Shown: in pieces, positions 24,301 through 33,262 of the stretch
Numbering within the stretch: position 1 is the stretch's first letter
How the letters are laid out: the number at the start of each line of letters is the position of its first letter
Assembly: GCF_964213995.1 (NCBI RefSeq)
Contig: NC_135825.1
Location: forward strand, 12,524,001 to 12,588,000
DNA length: 64,000 bases
Direction of reading: 5' to 3'
Source: Mustelus asterias
Lineage: Eukaryota
Program-made: the position numbers and the translations under genes
The notes under the pieces: generated by a model
Database searches by the model: none
Told to the model about the DNA's origin: nothing
What the model saw: only the letters and a program-made list of their open reading frames with translations

Positions 24301-25098
24301 GTGGGGGTGTCAAGAACCAGGGGTCAGAGTTTCAGGAAATGGGGTAAATCACTTAGGGCTGAGATGAGGAGAAATATCATCATGCAGAGAGTGGTCAGCC
24401 TGTGGAATTCTCTACCACAGAAAGCATTTGAGGACAACACATTGTATGTTTTCAAGAAGAAGTTAGATATAGCTCTTGGGGCTCATGGGATCAAAGGATA
24501 TGAGGGGAGAACAGGTTACTGAGTTGGAGAATCAACCATGAATGATGGAGCAGACTCGAAGGGCTGAATGGCCTACTCCTCCTATTTTCGGTGTTTTTAT
24601 GTTTAGGATCAGAAGTGAATAATAATGGGAAGATACATTGGGCTGAATTGATTGTAAATAATTTACGATAACTTGCAATACTTTATAACCTGATACATAA
24701 TAATTGATAAATAGCTTCCATCTCATAACAGCGCAAACCACCACTCAGGTTAATCAGAAATAAATGTGATCTTTTTGTTATTTTAGCAGTTGGCAGCATT
24801 GGAAGAGAGCATTGTGTATGCAAAGATAAACCACGTTGGCAGGAACGCAGCAGGAACGCACAGAGAGGGAAACGCCCCGTTGGATAATGATGAAATCACA
24901 TATGCAGCAGTGCAGTTTCAGAACAACACGTCTACACGGAGAGGTGAAGTGTCACGTCACTCAATTAACAACCCAGACAGTGTCATCTACAGCGCTGTCA
25001 GCATTCCGAGCCAGCCAGCACAGAGAAACCCAGAGACTCCAAGACTGGACACTCCACAGGAATCCGAAATGACAATTTATGCTAACTTCACTCATTAG
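6279..25098 (+). CDS. Receptor gene 1 (spliced, 7 exons: 6279-6318, 9780-10094, 14635-14958, 17254-17374, 20291-20379, 22998-23050, 24787-25098): CD300/pIgR-like (CMRF35-like/MDIR-like) inhibitory Ig-superfamily receptor, ~417 aa
   Basis: All introns GT-AG with compatible phases (1,1,1,2,1,0). Exon lengths sum to 1254 nt with no internal stop. Every exon has a counterpart in gene 2. Domains: signal peptide, V-Ig, C2-Ig, S/T stalk, TM, ITIM tail. Confidence 0.9.
8866..9128 (+). mobile_element. CR1 LINE internal fragment
   Basis: YETKLAANI..CKSFYKYVKRKR...ADELNLYFASVF. Confidence 0.8.
9780..10094 (+). CDS. Gene 1 exon 2, CD300/pIgR-type V-set Ig domain
   Basis: Acceptor tctcctcag|. Motifs ITVNCHY, KYWC..C (C-C' cysteine pair), RISITD, DLRSGDAGWYSCG. 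Donor G|GTACAT. Confidence 0.92.
12388..12612. mobile_element. Palindromic Penelope-type terminal-repeat remnant (second family)
   Basis: Inverted arms around gacccttggtcagagctggcgaagggtc. Absent at the paralogous site in gene 2 (~48067). Confidence 0.65.
14058..14490 (-). mobile_element. LINE (CR1/L2 group) 3' fragment; related copies at ~8520-8860, ~10305-10455, ~57797-58158, ~62035-62390
   Basis: Minus-strand DTIQDKAARLI peptide. Shared end cattcgtggg...gcatttattgcccatccctagttgccc across copies. Confidence 0.6.
14635..14958 (+). CDS. Gene 1 exon 3, C2-type (FCRL-like) Ig domain
   Basis: Acceptor tctcccccacag|. Motifs PVSVP, VSCES.QGSLPIRYTWY, YYCTASN..G..SSE.V. Donor G|GTAAGT. Confidence 0.9.
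15490..16544 (-). mobile_element. CR1 LINE 3' fragment (RT)
   Basis: 297-aa ORF with GIPQGSALGPLLF, DDTKVGG, VRPHLEYCVQFWSP. Confidence 0.93.
17254..17374 (+). CDS. Gene 1 exon 4, Ser/Thr-rich (mucin-like) stalk EPKYSCEVSTTESPTTTHSTSTNIISTGSYSESSELENDE
   Basis: Acceptor gtttcaacag|, donor AG|GTACAA, phase 1 to 2. This frame is not in the ORF track. Paralogous to 52194-52308. Confidence 0.85.
18513..18660. mobile_element. Short GC-rich MITE (same family at ~52658-52783 and, inverted, ~59073-59200)
   Basis: Imperfect TIRs gggtgggattctcc / ggaagaatttaccc and shared interior among copies. Confidence 0.6.
19860..20210 (+). mobile_element. Old SacSINE1/Deu-SINE-like element (paralogous copy ~54025-55790, others ~25910-26130 and ~27365-27650)
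   Basis: tcaggtggacgtaa..gatcccatgg, ttgtttgtgggagc...tgtgtgcaaat, aaagtgctttgggatgtcctgagg. Family recognised from memory. Confidence 0.55.
20291..20379 (+). CDS. Gene 1 exon 5, transmembrane SLIHIVVAVLGAILIVLVVSLLLYLRQNNK
   Basis: Pyrimidine tract then cacag|. Hydrophobic run of about 22 aa followed by a basic residue. Donor G|GTGAGA, phase 2 to 1. Confidence 0.88.
20945..21360 (-). mobile_element. CR1 LINE 3' end
   Basis: (aagaacat)n tail and the CR1 3' region seen in other copies. Confidence 0.8.
22998..23050 (+). CDS. Gene 1 exon 6, juxtamembrane GSSGILYCRRDKAPRDNL
   Basis: Acceptor atttttcag|, donor |GTAAGG. A 53-nt phase 1 to 0 exon is needed to link the TM and last exons. Same-length copy at 60957-61009. 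Confidence 0.83.
23779..23990. mobile_element. Palindromic Penelope-derived mini-element inserted in a CR1 fragment
   Basis: Inverted arms. 11-bp TSD ttcatagcaag (23768-23778, 23991-24001). Confidence 0.82.
23904..23938 (+). ncRNA. Minimal type I hammerhead ribozyme motif
   Basis: cac-CTGATGA-a-ggagc(agc)gttcc-GAAA-gc-TC-gtg. Confidence 0.62.
24787..25098 (+). CDS. Gene 1 exon 7, cytoplasmic tail with ITIMs IVYAKI, ITYAAV, VIYSAV and terminal TIYANF
   Basis: Acceptor ttttag|cag| (24787 or 24790). ORF 24790-25098 ends in TAG. Confidence 0.9.
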   Translation, partial: QLAALEESIVYAKINHVGRNAAGTHREGNAPLDNDEITYAAVQFQNNTSTRRGEVSRHSINNPDSVIYSAVSIPSQPAQRNPETPRLDTPQESEMTIYANFTH

Positions 25099-25554
25099 GA
25101 AAACCATTCCTGTTCCACACGTGCTGCCTATTGCTCCTTTCTTTGTGTTTCAGTTCCATTCAATTCCTTCTGCCGTGAGCTGCCCACATATTTACTTTTG
25201 TCCAATTCCTTCTGAAACTTTGGAGTTGTTCCCGGCATTCCCACTCCTCCTCCCAGTTTGATATCATCAGCAAATGTAATGAATTCACCTGGAGAATCTG
25301 AGTCCAGGTTAATCAATTCAGAGAGAGTGGTCCCATGGTTTGTCGCACCCCACTCAGTACCCATCACCTCCCCACCTCACTCCAAACTCCCCTACCCCCC
25401 CCACCTCACCTCACCCCCTCCGTCCCCAGCATACAACAATTTAACCGTTTTTAACCATTGAGTTTCAGTTGTGACTCACTTCTTGCCTTCTTGCCTCTGA
25501 TTCATAGATCCCAGGTTCAAGTCTCAAGCCAGGGCTTGGGTACAAAATGAAATG

Positions 25555-25905
25555 TCTACAAGATTATGAGGGGCAATGACAGAGTGGATAGTCAGAAGCT
25601 TTTTCCCAGGGTGGAAGAGTCAATTACTAGGGGGCATGGGTTTAAGGTGCCAGGGGCAAGGGTTAAAGGAGATGTCCAAGGCAAGTTTTTACACAGAGGG
25701 TGTCTGCAATTCGCTGCTGGTGGAGGAGGTGGAAGCAGATATGGTAGTGACTTTTAAGGAGCGTCTTGACAAATGCATGAATCGGATGGGGATAGAGGGA
25801 TATGTTCCCTGGAAGGGTAGGGGGTTTTAGTTCAGTTGGGCAGCATGGTCGGTGCAGGCTTGGACGGCCAAAGGGCCTGTTCCTGTGCTGTACTTTTCTT
25901 TGTTC
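25555..25905 (+). mobile_element. CR1 LINE 3' end
   Basis: DRVDSQKLFPRVEESITRGHGFKV followed by the CR1 3' UTR. Confidence 0.82.
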
Positions 25906-26139
25906 TTTGACTCTCGCAGTGATAGTGAAGGAGTGCTGAACAGTTCTAAGTGCCATCTTTTGGATTAGATTAAACCAAGACCCCCATCTGTGTGCCTTGG
26001 AGAATGTAAATGATCTCGTGACACTATTTTGAAGAAGAGTAGGGGATTATCCCTGGTGTCCTGACTATCATTTATCCCTCAATTAACACATTTTCTGGTC
26101 ATTATCACATTGCTGTTTGTGATATTTTGCTGTCTGTAT

Positions 26140-26562
26140 TTGGGTCTGTATTCCTTGGAGTTTAGAAGAGTGAGGGGTGACCTTATTCAAACATATCAGA
26201 TCCTGAGGGAGTTTTGACAGGGCAGATGGTGAGATGGTTTCACAAGTGGGAGAGTCTCGAACAAGGGAACATCGCGACAAGACAAAGGACAGTTCATTTA
26301 AAACTGAGGTGTGTAGAAATTTCTTCTTGCCGAGGGTGGTGAATCTCTGGAATTTTTTCCCCAATGTGTAATGGAGGCTGGATTGTAAGAAGTATTTAAA
26401 GTGGAGGTGGATAAATATTTGATAGTTTGAGGAACAGAGGGCTATGGGGAAATGGCACAGAAAAGGACTTGAGACCGGCATAGATCAGCCATGATCGTAT
26501 TGAATGGTGGGACGGGCTTGAGGGGCCTGGTGGCCACGATGGCTTCTATTTCTTGTGTCCTT
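26140..26562 (+). mobile_element. CR1 LINE 3' end
   Basis: GLYSLEFRRVRGDLIQTY-type sequence and 3' UTR. Confidence 0.78.
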
Positions 26563-26597
26563 GTGTCTGCGTGTTGGCTGCTGTGTCTTCTACTTTC

Positions 26598-27154
26598 ATG
26601 ATGTGGAGATGCCGGCGTTGGACTGGGGTGAACACAGTAAGAGTTTTAACAACACCAGGTTAAAGCCCAACAGGTTTATTTGGTAGCAAATACCATTAGC
26701 TTTCAGAGCGCTGCTCCTTCGTCAGATGGAGTGGAAATGTGCTCTCAAACAGGGCACAGAGACACAAAAATCAAGTTACAGAATACTGCTGCTTTCTTGC
26801 ATGTTTGTAGAAACTTGTCTGTGTCGATATGCGCGACCTTCTTGGAGATCCTCTCCACTTGGAGCCGGCAGTTTGCGGTGTCAGCTCCACATTATGACTA
26901 CCATCGACTCCGCAAACTGCCGGCTCCAAGTGGAGAGGATCTCCAAGAAGGTCGCGCATATCGACACAGACATCAAGTTTCTACAAACATGCAAGAAAGC
27001 AGCAGTATTCTGTCACTTGATTTTTGTGTCTCTGTGCCCTGTTTGAGAGCACATTTCCACTCCATCTGACGAAGGAGCAGCGCTCCGAAAGCGAATGGTA
27101 TTTGCTACCAAATAAACCTGTTGGACTTTAACCTGGTGTTGTTAAAACTCTGAC
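26598..27154. mobile_element. Palindromic Penelope-derived mini-element
   Basis: Arms of about 150 bp are reverse complements. 14-bp TSD tgtcttctactttc (26584-26597, 27155-27168). Hammerhead-like core in each arm. Confidence 0.85.
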
Positions 27155-29489
27155 TGTCTTCTACTTTCCAGCAGTGACTACACTTCAAAAGTATTACATT
27201 GACAAATGATGTCTGGTGATCATAAAAAGCACAATATAAATGCACAACTTCCTTTCCTTTGACACAAAAGGACTAAGGGAACAAATTTGGCTTCACATCT
27301 AACTCTTGTCTCCAAAACAGAGATTCATGCTTGAACTCCGAGATTGATCGTACAATTCAGACTGAACTTTCATTGCAGTACTGAGGGAATGCTGCATTGT
27401 TGGAACTGTCATTTTCTTTGGATGGGACATTAACCCCTTCTGCTATCTCAGGGTCAATAAAAAAATCCAGTGGCATTATTCAAATAGTTCTCCCAGTGAG
27501 AATAATTATTCTGTAAGCAACATCAATGAAATAGATAATCTGCTTTTTCATCTAATTTGGGGTTCTTCACTGTGTGGTGCATCTAAGCTCCATCTCTCTG
27601 TTTCAAAAATACTTCACTGGCCATGAAAGGCATTGTGTGAATTGCAAGTTCCTCTTTTCTCATGAATTTCATTTTTTCATTGTGACAGTTTCTTATCAAT
27701 TCCTCGTGTTTACTCTGAACTTTGGGTCTGATTATTACTTCAGGGACTTTGGCAAATGCATTTTGAAAGTTGTAAGACTAACCAGAGTCAATGAGGGAGA
27801 TGTTATTACTCAGAGAAGTCATGAAGGTTGCTTAGGCAATAGCTTCTGATATCAGTCGATGTTACTCTTTATTTTGTTATATCTATATTTTGAAATACAG
27901 ATATTTCTCAAGTTTACTCTATACGATAACTTCTATTATTTGTCATGAGTGGGAGTGAAACTAATGCTTTTGTAAGCCAATGAAGTCGTTTCTGAAAAGA
28001 TTCCAGAGTCTTCAGGGGTCACACATGGGAACAGCCATGAATCCAGTAACCGCCGGCACCATAGCACCATGGTTAGCAGTGATGCCTCACAGCACCCGGG
28101 ACCCGGGTTCAATTCCAGCCTTGGGCAATTGTCTGCATGGAATTAGCAAGTTCTCTCCGTGTCTGTGTGGGCCTCCCTTGGGTTCTCCAGTTTCCTCCCT
28201 CAGTCCAAAGATGTGCGAGTTAGTTTGATTGACCACGCTAAAATTGCCACTTAGTGTCAGGGGGATTAATAGGGTAAATATGTTGGGTTAAGGGGATAGG
28301 CCTAGGTGGGATTGATGTCAGTGCAGGCTTGATGGGCTGAATGGCCTCCTTCTGCACTGTAGGGATTGAAACAACAGGATTATTGAATATCTATCTCATC
28401 GGCTATCACAAACGTCTTCACTTGAGGTTGAGCCTAAAAATAGTGTTCATACGGTTGGGATAGATCAGGAGAAAATCACCGACAAAGTAGCAAAATGGGG
28501 GATGGGATGATCCCAATCGTGGGCAAGGCACCCACTAGGGTTACCAACCCTCCAGGATTGGCCTGGAGTCTCCAAGAATTGAAGCTCAATCTCCAGGACA
28601 CTGCCATGTGGGTCCCTGAAGAAAAATCATCGGGACATTTAATAGCATCTTTTTGGGTCATTTTCTTTGAATATTTCTCTTTACCAGGTCTCAAAGTGTT
28701 GAAAACAGGCTGTTTGACTAACAGCCAAGCATCGTCCAATTGGGTACTGTGGGTGGGATTCTCTGCCCTCCCAGCTGCGTGTTTCTCGGTGACGGGAGGT
28801 GGTGAAATTCGCGGGCGACGGGATCTTCTGGTTCTGTCGCTGGCAATGGGAATTCCCGTTGAAACCATCCCACACCGCCGGGAAGGGGCCGTGCCACAGA
28901 CAGGACCAGAGAATCCTGCCGGCTTGAACAGCCTGCAGATTCCAGCCTGAGTATTTTATCTTTCCAATTTCCGTAGGAAGGCAGCACATCTCAAGTGTGG
29001 ATATGTTGGCCAAATGATGGCCTGGAGCAGGTCATGGCAGGTCATGTGATGACACATCCTGGAATACACCTAATCATGATGGTTAGGTGCATTAGCCATG
29101 CTAAATTCTCCCTCAGTGTACCCAAACAGGTGCCAGAGTGTGGCGACTAGGGGATTGTCACAGTAACTTCATTGCTGTGTTAATGTAAGCCTACTTGTGA
29201 CACTTATAGATAATAACGAATAAATAAACCACAGTTGACAACACAAGTACTCACTGAGACCCAAGCCTGGCTGCCAGACCTTTGCCAATGGCTAGCCTGA
29301 GGCATCCATGAGATCATAGAATCAAAGAATCACAACAGTGCAGAAGGAGGCCATTCGGCCCATCAAGTCTTTACTGACCACAATCCAATCCGGTCCTATT
29401 CCTGTAACCCCACATATTTACCCTTTAATCCGCTGACACTATGGTCAATTTAGCATGGCCAATCAACCTAACCCGCACATCTTTGAAGG

Positions 29490-30320
29490 TCTCCAGTGCT
29501 AACTCCCTCCTGGAGTCACAGCCATGGGTGGGCCAGAATGTGGCCGCCAGCCATTCAGGTAGAGGGTTCCCCCTCTGCAGGAGTTGCCTTGGAACTGTGG
29601 CTGCCGTGTGTTTTATCAGATACTCTGGCTTGTTGGGTGATGCCAATCTCGCCTTCTGCACAGGAACGGTTCCTGTCCTCTCCAAAGAAATCTGCCACTT
29701 GCTTCTCGTAGAGGGTGAATGGCCTCAATTGCCGCATCCCAGGGATTGGGTTTCTCCCCCTTGTTGTGGGTGACATTGTCCTGTATCAAGATAGATGGAT
29801 GACACCATGGATGAAAGAGCAGGTTATAAGCCTGGATATCTGCTGTGTGTGTTGAATGCCCCTCAGTAAGGGCGGAAGATGCCACTTGTACAGGATGTTA
29901 CATGAGATAGTGATGTTCGTGTCAGACAATCAGTGCTGTTGTCCCATCTGCTGGTAATGTGTGAGACCCTTGAGGATTGCAACCCATTGAACGCCTGTGG
30001 CCCTTATGAGAGTGTGAGTTTGGAGTGAGGAGATGGTTGACTGACTCTAGCAGGACAGATGTGGTCATTCATTCTCTTCCAGCACTGTCGGGTGGTCCTT
30101 TTCTCTGTCCCACATGTGCCCACCTCCCCGATGACCACATCCCTGGTGACCACGTCCCAAACGGCATGGCCAGGCTGGTGAACCTCTTGCAACCTTCCCT
30201 GGGATAGGGCACCTCCTGCCGGTTCTGGACTATCTGGAGGAGACTTTCCAGGGATGTGTAACTATAGCTTGTAGCGGAGGGTTTGGTTCTTGTGGGCGCC
30301 ATGGGTAATGAATTCCCAAC
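29490..30320 (-). mobile_element. Decayed PIF/Harbinger-type Myb/SANT-like ORF remnant
   Basis: Frameshifted peptides LESLLQIVQNRQEVPYP...W...KRTTRQCWKRMND resemble the Myb/SANT-like DNA-binding protein of Harbinger elements. Confidence 0.5.
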
Positions 30321-30840
30321 ACAGCTGGGCTTCAGTGAATGAGTGAGTGCGTGGGTGCAGTTTCAATATGGCACCCAGGCCTTCGAGCCAATGAGGAAAG
30401 AGCCTGCTGGGCCAATCGCTGCCTTCCCAGCTGCAAGATTCGATGAGCTCCTCGCTGATTGGCAAACAATGAGCTGAAAAGCAGACCATGTGGTGTGAGA
30501 ACCCACCCTGCTGTCCAGTGGGATTCGCGCTGACTTTCCTGTCCGGCACCAGACATTGTGTGAGATTTTCTTTCCCCGCCCACTGCCAGGATCACCCGGA
30601 CCCACTAAGTTAATGGACCTTAGGCTAGGCCGCCAAATCTTCCCCAATTCTCACCATGATAGTGCCGGAAATTTCCGGCCTTAGTCTACGGAAGGGAGAA
30701 CTCCACCCATTGTAACCCCCTTCTGGCAGCAACTGTCAACAGGTCAGCAAGGAGACAGATAGAGAGCTGTGCCACCTGTTGCAAGGGTAACTGGATTCCA
30801 ATGAGGGCAATATTCAACTGACACCTCCATTGTAGAGGAA

Positions 30841-32389
30841 TGATGTGGAGATGCTAGCGTTGGACTGGGGTGGACACAGTAAGAAGCCTCACAACACCAG
30901 GTTAAAGTCCAACAGGTTTATTTGGTATTATGAGCTTTCGGAGTGCTGCTCCTTCATCAGTTGAACGGAGAAGTAGGTTTCACAAACATGGCATGTATCG
31001 ACAAAGACCAATTAGAAGATCATGGTTGGAATGCGAGTCTTTTCAGGTAATCAAGTCTTTACAGGTAAAAACAATATGAGTGGAGAGAGGGATAATCACA
31101 GGTTAAAGAAGTGCGAATTGTCTCAAGCCAGGACAGTTAGTAAGATTTTCCAAGCCCAGGCTAATGATGGGGATTACATGTAGTGTGACATGAACCCAAG
31201 ATCCTGGTGGAAGCCATCCTCATGCGTGCTATCAGTTTCTGCTCGTTGTTTCTGCGTTGTCATGTGTCTTGAAGGCCGCCTTGGAGAACACTTATGCAAA
31301 GAGCGGAGGCTGAATGCCCTTGACTGCTGAAGTGTTCCCCGAGTGGAAGGAAATGCTCCTGCCTGGTGATTGTCAAGTGCTGTCCATTCATCCATTGTCG
31401 TAGCGTCTGCATGCTCTCGCCGATGTACCGTATCTCAGGACATCCTTTCCTGCAGCGTATCAGGTAGACAATGTTAGCCGAGTTGCATGAGTATGTATTG
31501 TGTACCTGGTGGATGGTGTTCTCACGTGTGATGGTGGTATCCGTGTCGATGATCCGGCACGTCTTGCAGAGGTCACTGTGGCAGGGTTGTGTAGTGTGGT
31601 CACTGTTCTCCTGAAGGCTGGGTAGTTTGCTGCAGACAATGGTCTGTTTGAGGTTGTGCAGTTGTTTGAAGGCAAGTAGTGGGGGTGTGGCGATGTGTTC
31701 GTCTTCATCAATGACATGTTGAAGGCTCCGAAGAAGATGTTGTAGTTTCTCCACTCCAGGGAAATACTGGACAATGAAGAGTCGGTCATGTCCTGTGTTT
31801 CCTTCTGAGGAGACCGGTGCGGTTTTTCGCTGTGACGCGTCGCAACTGTTGATCTATGAGTTGAGCGCCATATCCCATTTCAAACAAGGGCATCTTTCAG
31901 TGTCTGTAGATGTCTGTTGCATTCCTCCTCATCTGAAAAGATCCTGTGTATACGGAGGGCTTGTCCGTAAGGGCATGGCTTCTTTAACATGTTTAGGGTG
32001 GAAGCTGGAGAAATGGAGCATCGTGAGGTTAGCCATGGGCTTGCGGTAGAGTGAAGTGCTGAGGTGACCGGCCTTGATGGAGGTGCGCGTGTCCAAGAAT
32101 GCAACCGATTCTGGAGAGTAGTCCATGGTGAGTCTGATGGTGGGATGGAACTTGTTGATGTCATTGTGTAGTCGTTTCAGTGACTCTTCATCATGAGTCC
32201 AAAGGAAGAAAATGTCATCGATGTATCTTGCAATTGTGTCTTTGTTTATACATGCCATGTTTGTGAAATCTACCTCTCCGTTCACATGATGAAGGAGCGG
32301 CACTCCAAAAGCTCGTGATTTCAAATAAACCTGGTGTTGTGAGACTTCTAACTGTGCCCATCCCAGTCCAACGCTGGCATCTCCACATG
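30841..32389 (-). mobile_element. 5'-truncated, degenerate Penelope-like element with inverted terminal repeats
   Basis: RT motif RYIDDIFFLW and GIY-YIG region NIVYLIRC..C...YIGES. Frameshifts present. The terminal sequence at 30841 recurs inverted at ~32280-32389. Confidence 0.88.
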
Positions 32390-32917
32390 ATCATTAACCC
32401 CAGCGCCCGTCCATTGAGCACAATTCCTGGGAAGGTAAACCCCTGGGTCAGGCTGATCTACAGATTGTGGGTGGATCACAGAACCATTCCAGATCAAATA
32501 GGATCTACATCCCACTGAGGGAGGAACTCCACAGCAGGACCTTGCCTTGTCATTGTTTGTTTGAGGAACAGACATTTAAAATGGTGTTCAGTTCACAACC
32601 ACCAGAATATGGTTACGACACAGAAAAAGACACTTTTGACATTTTACAGGAACTTGAACTATTTGGTCAGATGTTCATCGCGTTGTTAACAAAAACTGAA
32701 TTAGCTGCTTCAGCTGTGAATCTAATCAACATCCTCAGCACTCTGTCTGAAGGAGAGATCTGAATCTTCAGCTCAACACTTGCACAATGATTTGTCAGTG
32801 CCCGAGATCAGGGGATTACAACCTGAGGGCGCCTGAGAATGTTTCAGGGGATCGACACAAAGGGCCCGATTTTACCATTTTAATTCGAGGTGCTGGGCGG
32901 ATTTGAATCTGGGAGTG

Positions 32918-33190
32918 TGATGCACCTCAATGAGCACCCGGAAACAAGGCTTTAGAACTGAAGGCTTTAATACATTAACAATGAAACTACTAACACAAAT
33001 TCACCCGTTCAGACTGAAGGGGTCCTGCCGGAGCAGGGGGTCTTATACCCTGCCACCGGAGGCGGGACCCCACTGGAGTGTGCCATGATAACACTTGGGA
33101 CAGGTAAACACCCTATCCCAACAACATAGTACAACCCCCATAACAACAACAATAACAACCCCAGTGGTGAACCAACGATGGTTCACCACA
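32918..33190 (-). repeat. 3' LTR of the Gypsy element
   Basis: Identical to 37323-37595. Preceded on the minus strand by PPT AAGGAGGGGTGAA (33191-33203). Confidence 0.97.
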
Positions 33191-33262
33191 TTCACCCCTC
33201 CTTTAGGAACCAAAGGTGGCGGGGTGGATGAAAACAGACAATGACAAAAAAAATAACAGGAT

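Larger units (their letters stand above)
23478..24600 (+). mobile_element. CR1 LINE 3' fragment, interrupted by Penelope mini-element
   Basis: DKCEVIHFG, QQDLGVLVH, QRVVSLWNSLP. Confidence 0.88.

Noticed and set aside
25128-25367. Minus-strand ORF with FADDIKLGG duplicated at 62878-63066
   Set aside because: Old CR1 RT scrap in the 3' flank, copied with the gene.
32560-32860. Coding-like stretch (…VNLINILSTLSEGEI…) faintly resembling a death-fold/pyrin first helix
   Set aside because: Multiple stops and similarity too weak to support without a profile search.
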